Part shown: piece after piece, positions 9,620 to 18,800 of the stretch
How the letters are laid out: every line of letters begins with the position of its first letter
How positions within the stretch are numbered: the first letter of the stretch is position 1
Assembly: GCA_043799545.1 (NCBI GenBank)
Contig: JAZDNO010000004.1
Coordinates: 64,001 to 128,000 of the forward strand
DNA: 64,000 nt
Source: Methanobacteriota archaeon
Lineage (GTDB): Archaea; Thermoplasmatota; Thermoplasmata; SG8-5; DAIRED01
Reading direction: 5' to 3'
Made by a program: the position numbers and the translations under genes
The notes under the pieces: generated by a model
The model's input: only the letters and a program-made list of their open reading frames with translations
Database searches by the model: none
What the model was told of the DNA's origin: nothing

Positions 9620-10168
9620 ATGGTAGTAACTATGGAGTTCGTTCCCATGTTAATAAACCAAGAAGAAGGCTGGCGTTTGCCCGAATTATACGATACCATG
9701 ACACCAACTGAAAAGGCATCAGCTATTAAATCTTGCGTTTTAACTTTTCTTAATAACAATGGACCGGCTCCAAAATCAGTAATCGGAAAAGCGATAGGCA
9801 CGACTCATGAAGACAGCTTAAAAAGGGCTTTGGATTACTTGGTTCATACTCGTCAAATTTATTCAGAGAAATGGGGTTCGCGAAATCCAGTATATTTCCC
9901 GAATGGTTGTTTGGGGCACCCCCTCTATCAGGGGCGTATAATTTGTGGTCGGAAGGAATACACAATTAGAACATATATAGACCGAGTCACTGGTAGAAAT
10001 TTAACAATAACTGAGTATGAAAAAGATTATTCGGGTAAACAAGACCCCAAAGGAGGCATTAGAATAGACGCCGTGGATTTAGACGCCATTATTAGAGAGT
10101 TAGTGAGGATAAATGACTCATTGCGCCAGAGTGTTGAAATTAACGACAGAGGTCTAATATCAAGGTGA
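9620..10168 (+). CDS. Winged-helix protein fused to a PUR/PC4-like (DUF3276-like) nucleic-acid-binding domain (cargo)
   Basis: VLTFLNNNGPAPKSVIGKAIG...LKRALDYL wHTH pattern; C-terminal EYTIRTYIDRVTGRNLTITEYE...GIRIDAVDLDAIIREL resembles a PUR repeat. By-eye call. Confidence 0.55.
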   Translation: MVVTMEFVPMLINQEEGWRLPELYDTMTPTEKASAIKSCVLTFLNNNGPAPKSVIGKAIGTTHEDSLKRALDYLVHTRQIYSEKWGSRNPVYFPNGCLGHPLYQGRIICGRKEYTIRTYIDRVTGRNLTITEYEKDYSGKQDPKGGIRIDAVDLDAIIRELVRINDSLRQSVEINDRGLISR

Positions 10169-10172
10169 GAAA

Positions 10173-11504
10173 ATGAACACGCAACTATCAATGTATGTGG
10201 AGGAAGAGGACGCGCAAAAGGCTGTATGTAGATTCGGGAATCTTAAAATTCCCCGAGGATTATTTTCAATGCCGACAATAAGTCCAGGTATTCAGAAAAA
10301 TTTAGATGTGGAAGCATTGATGGCTAACATTAGCGGTGGCTCCTTCCCACATGCAATTACGCCACATCTCAGCACAAAACAGAGATATATTGTGAAATTA
10401 ATGCCAATGCTCCCCTCTGGCAAAGGCGTTATACATCCGTTTGTTGTGCCAGACCCGGAATATGAGGCTCTTTCCGTCAATTGTCTTGCGAGATTGAATT
10501 ATATGCAATTTGAAAATCCACCCCCCACAGTGCGTATGATTATGGATTCGGGGCTGACCGATGACCCGGATACAGATAGATTTAATGTAACAACAAGATG
10601 GCAAACCATTAGGCAGCGCTATGGCCTTGCTCCTTTGTTAGATTGGTCGTTAAATCTTCACGACTCCATCAATTCCGATTTGTATCTTGCACCGACCCCG
10701 ATAATGCGGGCCGATGAAAAACTTAAAAGCATTGAAGAGGCTTTTACCAGTGGGTATTTCCTTCTCTCAAATGCCGTCAGTTCGGCTCGATTCGCGTTGA
10801 ATGGGATTCACACGTTGCTCCATATCGAAATTTTTTCCGATACGGATGAAGCTGACGCTGCTCGAAACAAGATACTTACTGAGTTCGAGTCTTGGAAATC
10901 CGAGAAACAGCAATATCGGGGTTCAATAGTAGGCATAAAGCTCTATGACCCAAACAACTTATTCGGAGAAGCTGACTCGGGTTCAGTAAGGCGCAGATTA
11001 TTCAGCGAATTTGTAACAGAGCTTTCATCAAAGGTTCGAGGAGCCGATGGTTTTGTCATTGGTTATAATTTTGCCAATCTATCTCTTGGAATTTTGGATA
11101 GCGGCGCAGATTTAGCTACATTCAAAGTGGCTGGGGGAATGCGTATCGATGTGCCAATTAAATCAAGCAAGGGGAAGCGTGGTAAACGAAGGATTCCTTC
11201 CGTATTCGACGGAAGCACACTTTCCGAGGTGGGAAGCGACATCATCAAACAAACTTACAATAAATATGGTTCATTCCCTGTGCCGGCGTGTATGCAACCG
11301 AAGCCATATTGGGACGAAAATTATAAGGAGGCGTCGATATACGCGAGAAGAACCCGTTGTGCCTCATTGATTGCAGTTGGTGAAGAATATCGAGCAGCGG
11401 CGCTCGATAATGCAATCCCGTTGAAAGATTCCTTACGAAATCGAATTATGCAAAGTGAGGCGAGACAAGAATTGATTGATTTGTGTCCAACAATAAACGG
11501 TTAA
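10173..11504 (+). CDS. Divergent TIM-barrel protein resembling tRNA-guanine transglycosylase (TGT/DpdA) or beta/sce7725-type families (cargo)
   Basis: RBS AGGTGA; N-terminal RFGNLKIPRGLFSMP resembles TGT RxGxLxTPxGxIxTP; GADL near the last barrel strand; no GxDxFD Asp or CxCxxC site. Confidence 0.45.
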   Translation: MNTQLSMYVEEEDAQKAVCRFGNLKIPRGLFSMPTISPGIQKNLDVEALMANISGGSFPHAITPHLSTKQRYIVKLMPMLPSGKGVIHPFVVPDPEYEALSVNCLARLNYMQFENPPPTVRMIMDSGLTDDPDTDRFNVTTRWQTIRQRYGLAPLLDWSLNLHDSINSDLYLAPTPIMRADEKLKSIEEAFTSGYFLLSNAVSSARFALNGIHTLLHIEIFSDTDEADAARNKILTEFESWKSEKQQYRGSIVGIKLYDPNNLFGEADSGSVRRRLFSEFVTELSSKVRGADGFVIGYNFANLSLGILDSGADLATFKVAGGMRIDVPIKSSKGKRGKRRIPSVFDGSTLSEVGSDIIKQTYNKYGSFPVPACMQPKPYWDENYKEASIYARRTRCASLIAVGEEYRAAALDNAIPLKDSLRNRIMQSEARQELIDLCPTING

Positions 11505-11644
11505 TACAAATATATATTGACTTCACCCCGATGTCATAATCGCTGCCAGCTCATTTGCCTATACCGGGCCTTTCGACCCAGATTAATGTTGACATCAAAG
11601 TTGAACTCCTTCTCTATTCTCTGGGCGGTGTGAAAAATAATAAA

Positions 11645-11809
11645 TCATGCCTTACGAACGACAGCGACTATACTCTTACCCTCGTTACGGATGAGCCAGT
11701 TTACCTCATCTCCTGCCCTCAAGTTAAGGGATTCGACTACGGCCTCGGGAATAGTGGTTCGTAACGAGGGACTGGTTGTATTTGCTTTTGAAATCTTGGT
11801 ATTAGGCAT
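11645..11809 (-). CDS. AbrB/MazE/SpoVT-family DNA-binding protein (54 aa), divergent from the transposase
   Basis: Not in the ORF track; hand translation MPNTKISKANTTSPSLRTTIPEAVVESLNLRAGDEVNWLIRNEGKSIVAVVRKA* with the TIPxxVxExLxLxxGDxVxW signature. Confidence 0.8.
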   Translation of the reverse strand: MPNTKISKANTTSPSLRTTIPEAVVESLNLRAGDEVNWLIRNEGKSIVAVVRKA

Positions 11810-11840
11810 GGATACAGGATATGCCTCTGGCCGTATTTAT

Positions 11841-11907
11841 AGTTACCTATATACTGATAATCGTAGTTACCATAACCTTTATATCCTCCCTTGCTATATA
11901 GGTAACT
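11841..11907. promoter_or_regulatory. Divergent abrB/transposase promoter with 13-bp perfect inverted repeat (putative operator)
   Basis: AGTTACCTATATA (11841-11853) and TATATAGGTAACT (11895-11907) bracket a central TAGTTACCA and a CTTTATAT box. Confidence 0.65.
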
Positions 11908-13095
11908 GTGGTAGTAACCACAGAGGCAACAAATATGATGATGGACGATGCGAGACAGGCGCGGGGATTAGAGATACTAAAGGACGAGAGCGCAGTAGTG
12001 CGCATAAGCCAGAAAACTTACCACGTCAAGAGCCAGAGCGGGGAGGGGTTCTACACGGTTAAAAAGCAGATGGGGCTTTGGGGTTGCACATGCCCAGACT
12101 TCACCAACCGAAAGGTGTACTGCAAGCACATCTACGCCGTTGAGTATAGCCAGAAGCTCCGAAAACTCATCAAAACCGAGGAGAGGCCGAGGCCCGTAAT
12201 CGACGCAACCATGCACCCGATGTGCTGCCCGTCGTGCCACGCCGGGGAAATCAAGAGGAATGGCAACCGCGCAACCAAGAACGGGCCAATCCAGCGCTAT
12301 AAGTGCGAGGCTTGCGGATTCAGATTCACCATAGACAAGGGCTTTAGTGGTATGAAATCCGTTCCCGAGAGCATTTTAGCTTCGGTGGACCTCTATTTCA
12401 AGGGGCTTTCTTACCGCAAGATAGTGGACCACCTCAAGCAGTTCTATGGCGTGACTGTCAGCCAGACCACGCCGATGCGCTGGGTGACGAAGTACCTTAA
12501 GATGCTCGGAGATTACGCCGAAAAGCACCAGCCAGACGTGGGGCGCATGTGGCACAGCGACGAAATGGCTCAGAAGGTGAACGGTAAGCAGATGTGGGTT
12601 TGGAACGTCATGGACCACGAAACGCGCTTCTTGCTGGCCTGTAAGATTTCAGAGGGGCGCAGCATCCGCGAAACGAGGGCTGCGATAAGGGTAGCCAAGG
12701 AGAAGGCCGGGAAGCGCCCGGACTTCTTTGTTACCGATGGATTGCCAACATACCCGATAGCAGCCCGAAAGGAGTTCGGACCCGGGGAGAAGTTCGACAC
12801 GCAGAGCCGCCACCACAGATACAAGGATTTCCGCACAGCGCCCAACAACAATATCCTAGAGCGCTTGAATGGAACGCTCAGAGAGCGCTTCAAGGTGATG
12901 CGGAGCTTCGACAACCCCGAGAGCGCCGCCCGGATGCTTGCGGGCATCCAGACGTACTATAACTACGTCAGAGAGCACTCGGTACTAGGCACGACCCCGG
13001 CAATCGAGGCCGACATAGACCTAAACCTCGGAGAGAACCGCTGGGCCGGGATGGTTGGCCTGGTTGCGAATCAAAAGCAGTTCGGGGGCGTGTGA
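11908..13095 (+). CDS. tnp: IS6/IS240-like DDE transposase with N-terminal SWIM zinc finger and IS1-like zinc ribbon
   Basis: SWIM CTCPDF...CKH; CPSC...QRYKCEACG; HTH; WHSDEM, WNVMDHETRFLL, VTDGLPTY, NNILERLNGTLRERFK. Start may be 11935. Confidence 0.9.
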   Translation: MVVTTEATNMMMDDARQARGLEILKDESAVVRISQKTYHVKSQSGEGFYTVKKQMGLWGCTCPDFTNRKVYCKHIYAVEYSQKLRKLIKTEERPRPVIDATMHPMCCPSCHAGEIKRNGNRATKNGPIQRYKCEACGFRFTIDKGFSGMKSVPESILASVDLYFKGLSYRKIVDHLKQFYGVTVSQTTPMRWVTKYLKMLGDYAEKHQPDVGRMWHSDEMAQKVNGKQMWVWNVMDHETRFLLACKISEGRSIRETRAAIRVAKEKAGKRPDFFVTDGLPTYPIAARKEFGPGEKFDTQSRHHRYKDFRTAPNNNILERLNGTLRERFKVMRSFDNPESAARMLAGIQTYYNYVREHSVLGTTPAIEADIDLNLGENRWAGMVGLVANQKQFGGV

Positions 13096-13156
13096 AAGCG
13101 CGCTCCCAATTTTCTAGTTTTTACATATAACGTATGTTATACCGGAATACTAAAAT

Positions 13157-14491
13157 CTATTTAATATCGATTTTCTCACACTCATCCAGTAATTTTATTG
13201 CTTCGGAAAAAGGGATTAATGATTTTGGGAAAGGAGTAAATGATGCAACCCTAAGAAGTGCAGCTGCTTTGCTAACACATAAGCGATGTTTATATCCAGT
13301 ATCTTTATTTTCTTTGGCAAAAATATCTAATTTGCCCTCTATAAATTGTACAAATCGGTCTACGCGCTCGTTCTTAGGCAAGGTATAATTGATTCGATGC
13401 TCATTCTTTACGACGTGATAATTTATTTTAATAGGTGCATATTTATATTTTACTTTATTACCATTAATTTCCTCGGTATGAATCGGACTAAATATTGCAA
13501 TATCCGATAATAATTCACCAAGGTCATAAATATAATCACCCCTCAGGGATAATTGGTCAATATCAATGAACTTGACGCTATTAGCATGTCTCGATACTTT
13601 TTCCATAAAAACATTTCTACCATGACAATCCCCATGCTGGATTGTATTAAATGGCGGTATAAATTTTGGATAATTAGTTAAAATTCGCTCAACGTAAAAT
13701 CGGACATTTTTATATTTAAAACCATTTACAATATATTCCGCTTCAGGATAAATCAAAGGTAACATCGTGTCATTAAATTTCAATATGTCTCGATAGAAAT
13801 GTTCGAGATATGGGGGTTTCGTCAAAGCTAGCAATTGATTCGCAGAGTCGACTTTTTTTGTTTGTGAATACATTAAATTAAATGCTCCCCATAAACTTTC
13901 TAAATGTTTATTATCAAAGCCAAAAGACCTATTCCAGATAAATTCGTATAGTGGTTCAAAATCAGCTAGGTATTCAATTCGCATTACATGGAGTCGGTCA
14001 TTTTTATAGGTAAATTGCTCGGGCTTATGCGGCTGAGCAAATAAATGCAATATTGGCCCCGGAACTTCGGATTCAATTTTATCGTAGTCGGGTATATCCG
14101 ATTTACTTATTTTTAAAACAGTAGTATACTCAGATAATGTCGTTTGTCCATCTTCTTTCTCCCCCCCAATTGAAATGGAATGCTTTGTGCGATAAACTTG
14201 GTCGCCGCTATATCCACCAGACAATCTGTACAGTTCCTTGATTTTCGATTGAATATTAGTAGTTATCATTAATCCGGTATGGACATGCGTGAAACTTAGA
14301 ACTTGTTTTTCAATTTCATCATCTGCTAGTGTCCTCTTACCTTTTAACAGATTTTTTACTAATTTAGCTTGTTCTTTAATATCTGCATCCAGTTTATCAT
14401 TCGGCTCATTGTCTTTAATATTATATGTTTTTTTAATGATTTTCGCAATCCTTTGAACTGTTATAGGCGATGGTTTATTCCTACTTCCCAT
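13157..14491 (-). CDS. Aminoglycoside-phosphotransferase/choline-kinase-fold kinase (cargo)
   Basis: Gly loop LSGGYSGDQVY, VLK lysine, catalytic HGDCHGRN, metal-binding FIDID, YDLGEL. Confidence 0.78.
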   Translation of the reverse strand: MGSRNKPSPITVQRIAKIIKKTYNIKDNEPNDKLDADIKEQAKLVKNLLKGKRTLADDEIEKQVLSFTHVHTGLMITTNIQSKIKELYRLSGGYSGDQVYRTKHSISIGGEKEDGQTTLSEYTTVLKISKSDIPDYDKIESEVPGPILHLFAQPHKPEQFTYKNDRLHVMRIEYLADFEPLYEFIWNRSFGFDNKHLESLWGAFNLMYSQTKKVDSANQLLALTKPPYLEHFYRDILKFNDTMLPLIYPEAEYIVNGFKYKNVRFYVERILTNYPKFIPPFNTIQHGDCHGRNVFMEKVSRHANSVKFIDIDQLSLRGDYIYDLGELLSDIAIFSPIHTEEINGNKVKYKYAPIKINYHVVKNEHRINYTLPKNERVDRFVQFIEGKLDIFAKENKDTGYKHRLCVSKAAALLRVASFTPFPKSLIPFSEAIKLLDECEKIDIK

Positions 14492-14513
14492 TATTACACC
14501 AGAATGAAAGGGT

Positions 14514-14651
14514 TTATTCTTCGTAGATGATTAAATCCTGATTATATTGTGCATCTCTCATTGTATAGCATTTTAATCCTTCGCGCATGTATGAGTTCAA
14601 GTTTTTTCCACCACATGGCCCAGCATTTAAACTCTTTATTCTACCTACCAT
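14514..14651 (-). CDS. Possible 45-aa peptide immediately upstream of the kinase
   Basis: GGTGA RBS before ATG 14651 (MVGRIKSLNAGPCGGKNLNSYMREGLKCYTMRDAQYNQDLIIYEE*), 22 nt gap to the kinase start. Confidence 0.3.
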   Translation of the reverse strand: MVGRIKSLNAGPCGGKNLNSYMREGLKCYTMRDAQYNQDLIIYEE

Positions 14652-14770
14652 CTTAATCACCAACGCATCCCATCCGACATGCAGTTCAGGATTAGACAAC
14701 TAGTAAATAAATCTAGCGACAACGAATATATACTGATAGTGGTGGCAGTATAATCGGTTGGCTCAGATTG

Positions 14771-14830
14771 GCACCCACCGTGCAACACCCCGTTTAGATG
14801 CAACAAAACACCCGCCTACGCAACAGAACC
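14771..14830 (-). repeat. Right transposon end: terminal IR plus subterminal boxes
   Basis: Reverse complement reads GGTTCTGTTGCGTAGGCGGGTGTTTTGTTGCATCTAAACGGGGTGTTGCACGGTGGGTGC: three TGTTGC...GGGTG units; the inner one matches the left 6542-6558 box at 16/17. Confidence 0.85.
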
Positions 14831-15784
14831 GCTATTAAACCCCTTCTGGTGCTGGAGGGCGAAATCCACGACCTCCGTCACGTCGTCCATCGTGGCCCAG
14901 CTCCTTCCGTCGTAGGTGGCGTTCGCGATGGCCGCCTCGCGCAGGTTTGCGACGGCCCTCTCGTCGGCTCCGACCCTCCGTCCGACGCGCCCGATTGCCT
15001 GCACGACCTTTTGGGGGACATCCGCGCGCCCGATGAGTTTCCGCGCCGCCGCGAGCTTGCCCCTGACGATGGCGCTCTCCTTCTCGTGATGGCCCGCAAA
15101 CTCGGCCGGTCCCGCCTTGTACGCCTCCACCCTCCTAACTATCTCGAGGCGCTCCTCGATGTCGCTCAGCGAGCGGGCCGAGGCCCGCAAAACGAACCGC
15201 CGCCTCAGATCTTCCGGGAGCTCGCCCTCGTCGTCGTTCATCGTCGCGATGAGCGTTATCGCCGTCGGCCACGCGCCGTTGGCTTCGACCTTGCGGTTCT
15301 CCGTTGCATCCAGGACGAACTTCAAAATGTCCTCCGAAAACAGGTTCGCACGTTCCATTAGGGCGAAACCGCGGTTCGCCTTCGACAGCAGCCCCGGTCT
15401 GGGGGGGTTGCCCTTCCCGCCCCGGAGCTTCTCGATGGTCGCGGATATCGGAATCTCGACGAACGGCATCCGAGCCCTGACGCGGCTCTTGGGGTTGCTA
15501 GCGGCCTTGCAGGCAGGGCACCTCTCGCGGGCTGTGGGTATGCAGCTGACGGGGCAGCCTTCCGCGACGTCCATCTCAGGCAGCAGCGCGGCAAGCCCCC
15601 TCGCGGCGGTCCTCTTGCCCGTGTCCCTCTCGCCCGACAGGAGGAGGCTGGTAATCCTCGGGTTCACTACAGAAAGGAGCAGCCCGCGCTTGAGGGCGTT
15701 CTGGCCGACGACCCCCGTGAACGGGAAAGGCGGGTCGCCCGCCGAGCCTGGTTTGCGCCTGGATTTCGATGCCTCGTCCGCCAT
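14816..15784 (-). CDS. Degenerate ChlI-like AAA+ (pseudo-ATPase); last 4 codons and stop donated by the transposon IR
   Basis: PFPFTGVVGQ, GERDTGKRT (altered Walker A), FALMERANL replaces LYVDEINL, Cys insert GCPVSC...CPAC kept. Confidence 0.82.
   Translation of the reverse strand: MADEASKSRRKPGSAGDPPFPFTGVVGQNALKRGLLLSVVNPRITSLLLSGERDTGKRTAARGLAALLPEMDVAEGCPVSCIPTARERCPACKAASNPKSRVRARMPFVEIPISATIEKLRGGKGNPPRPGLLSKANRGFALMERANLFSEDILKFVLDATENRKVEANGAWPTAITLIATMNDDEGELPEDLRRRFVLRASARSLSDIEERLEIVRRVEAYKAGPAEFAGHHEKESAIVRGKLAAARKLIGRADVPQKVVQAIGRVGRRVGADERAVANLREAAIANATYDGRSWATMDDVTEVVDFALQHQKGFNSGSVA
14831..14838 (+). repeat. Right target-site duplication GCTATTAA
   Basis: Exact match to 6490-6497. 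Confidence 0.95.
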
Positions 15785-15881
15785 CTGATATTTGGCTCCT
15801 AAATGCGGGTATGCGCTTGGTGGTTAAACCCTTTGCTGCGCTCAATTCCCGATATGTTCTGGCTCCATTGGTCTGCGTGGC

Positions 15882-18800
15882 TTAGGGCCCCGGCGAATTT
15901 TCCCCTTTGCCGGGGTCTGGCGAGTCGCCCGAAACGTCTTCCGCCATCTCATCCGGGGCCTTGGGGTCTTCTTCGGCATCTTGGCCGGCATCCTTCCCTT
16001 TTTTACGTATCATCACGTAAATGAGCGCCATGGCTGCCATCAGGACGATGATTATTATCCACCAGTAATCCCCGAACCCTCCGCCTCCGACTCCGCCGCC
16101 GGTGACATCTATGCTTACGGTATGAGTCGCGGCCCGGTTGCCCAGCGCGTCCTCGGCATAGAACATCAGCGTGGCGTCTGCATCGAAGACCAGCGGCGCT
16201 GTGTACTGGCTCCACGTCGTTCCGCCGTCGAGGCTGTAGAAGATGGTTGCACCGCCCACATCCGCATCGATGGCCATGAGAGTGACGTTCTCGCCAGCAT
16301 GCAGTACTATAGCACCTCCAGTGGGTGTGGGAGACATCGAGGCTGTCGGCGGGGTCACGTCCACGAAAATCTCGATTGTCGATTCTGCGGACTCGTGACC
16401 CAGGTTGTCGGCAGCGTAGTATCGGATTGCGTGGGCCCCTTCAGTCGCAAATGTCAGCGCAACCGAGTATGCGGTCCATGCGCCTGCATCCACCGAGTAA
16501 CGCATTTCCGCGACGCCGGAACCGCTGTCGCTTGCAGCCAGGGTCAGGCTCGTGGCCGTTGTAATATAGGTGGGCGCGTTTCCATACTTTGGGCTTCCCA
16601 CCGTCGCGTCAATCGCCGGGGCGCTGAGGTCGACGATTATGTCTAATTTTTTGATTGCCTCGGTATTGCCCAGGTTGTCCAGCGCTCGGTATTCGATGGC
16701 GTACGCGCCGGCCGTCGAGAAGTTCAATGGACCGGAGTATGTTGCCCAGCTGGTCCATGTGCCCGTGCTGTCTCTGTAGACGCGGAACCTGATGAGGTCC
16801 ACGCCCGCACCTGAGTCGTTCGCTGTGAGGTTGATTTGCGTCGAAGAGCTGATGTAAACCGGCGCCGTGCCATACGACGGCGCTCCGATTTCGACAGAGG
16901 TGACAGGGACGATGGTGTCGACGAACACGTAGAATGTATCAAGGGTCGAGTTCTGACCAATATTGTCACTGGCCATGACGCTGATGTTGTGCGCCCCGGA
17001 GGCGGTCAAAGCGAAATTGCCTGAGTATGCAACCCACGCTCCGCTGTCGATGCGGTACCACATCCCCGCCACGCCTGAGCCCGCGTCCGTCGCAGTCAAG
17101 TTGAAGACGGTCGATGGCATGATGCAGACGGGATTCAGCCCGAACCTGGGGGCCGTAATTGTCAGCGTGACGACTGGCGGCTCCTCGTCTGGCCACACGG
17201 TCACGTTATTTGGCGCCTCCTGATTTCCGGCGAGGTCGATGCTGAAGTATTCGATGTACGCAATCCCGATCTGGTCCTCCAGAGTGAAGTTGCCCGTGTA
17301 AATGTTCAGCCCGCTCCAGCCGCCGTCCCATATTCGGTACTTGATGGCCGCTACGCCAGACAAATCCGTCGTCGCCGTTAGGTTGAAAGGAGTCGACCTG
17401 TTGACGTAGACGGTCGCCGTGCCGTTTTTCGGAGTCCCGATGGAAATCGTCGTGGCCGGGGCATCGGAGTCGAAGCCATGGCGCAAGTCCGCCACCGCCT
17501 GGGCAGCCTCAGTTTGACCCAACTTGTCTGTGGCTATGGTGTAGAATTCATAGAATCCCTGCCCATCAGGGAAGTTGAACGGCCACGACCAAAGTGCAGC
17601 ATTATCGATACCGGCACTCGTCCAGGGTACGGTCCAGGTTCCGTTGATTGCGCCGTACCTGTAGAACAGTTCGACGTTGGCGATTCCGCTCGACGGCGAA
17701 GCGTCGATGGCCGTCGCCGTGAGCGTTATCGGTGTGGTTGTGCGCCAGTATGCACCAGTCACGTCGCAGCCGCTCGACGGCGCCGTGCTGTCTCCGGTGA
17801 TGAATACCGTGAACGAATCGGAGCCCCAGGTAGAATCCGTCCCCGTGACTATGGTCCAGCCGCCCGTGTACCCGGCTGTGAATGTGCTGTTGGGTCCGGT
17901 GGCGTTGTCGAAGGTCCCGAGCACAGGTGCAACGGACCATGCGACAGAGATTGGGCCGAGGTCTCCGCCCGTGACGTTGGAAGCGATTGCCCGAGCCATG
18001 ACAGCCTGTCCGCCGTCCACATATACTGTGCCGATTTCCGTGCCATTCGACGGGTGCACGATTTGGATGGCATCCGGCGTCCAGATTTGCGACGTGACGC
18101 CGAAGCTGTCGTGATTCGTGGCGTTGCCGCCGAAGAGGCCGAGGCCTACCGACCGCATGTCTCCCCACGAGGCGTTCGCCGGGCTAGTAACGTTCATTGA
18201 GAAGTTGGCGCTCTGTCCAGGGTTGAGATTTCCCAAGTCCAACACGATGGTGCCGAAATTAGCATCTATTGTAGTGCCGTTCCAATGGCAGTAGAGCGTC
18301 GCGTTCCACCCGCCATTCAATCCCGTTGTCACCCACATCAGTGTAAAGCGGTCTGGCGCTGTCCCGTTGTTGGTGGCGCTGGCGCTGTAGCTTCTCGCTC
18401 CGTTAATCCCTATGCCTCGCGTCATTGTCTGTTCCGGCCCAGGAGGGTCTTGGAAAATGTTGCCACCGACCCCGTCGATTGATAGGTCCGGGAAGTAGCG
18501 GTTGATTGTGATGTTGATGGTGTAATTGATTCCCGGCGCGTAAACGACGGTCATGTGCGCGTAGCCAGTCGCGGCTCCCGAGGATAGGGTGTTGTTTAAT
18601 CCCCATGCACCCGTGAGCGATGCGGATGCGCCTGAGAAGTTCTGCAGCGACCACGTCACGTTAGCATCAAATAAATAGGTCCAGTTGGCGTCGTAGGCCG
18701 ACGCGAAGACGTCGCCAGAGAAGCCAACATCTGCGACTGTGTCCGTGAGATTCTCGCCGGAGTTGCCCGCGCCGGTGTTCATGCGGATGTGGGCGATTGA

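Larger units (their letters stand above)
6498..14830. mobile_element. 8,333-bp cargo-carrying IS6-family-like transposon (single central transposase, cargo on both sides)
   Basis: Terminal inverted repeats GGTTCTGTTGCGT at 6498-6510 and ACGCAACAGAACC at 14818-14830; identical 8-bp direct repeat GCTATTAA at 6490-6497 and 14831-14838; interior markedly AT-rich versus flanks; IS6-type DDE transposase inside. Confidence 0.93.

Noticed and set aside
11555-12062. ORFs 11555..11764 (+) and 11691..12062 (+)
   Set aside because: They overlap the AbrB gene on the opposite strand and the transposase; no recognisable features.
6480-14850. tRNA-targeted integrative element or provirus as explanation of the AT-rich island
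   Set aside because: No tRNA, integrase or structural genes; the IRs plus 8-bp TSD explain the boundaries.
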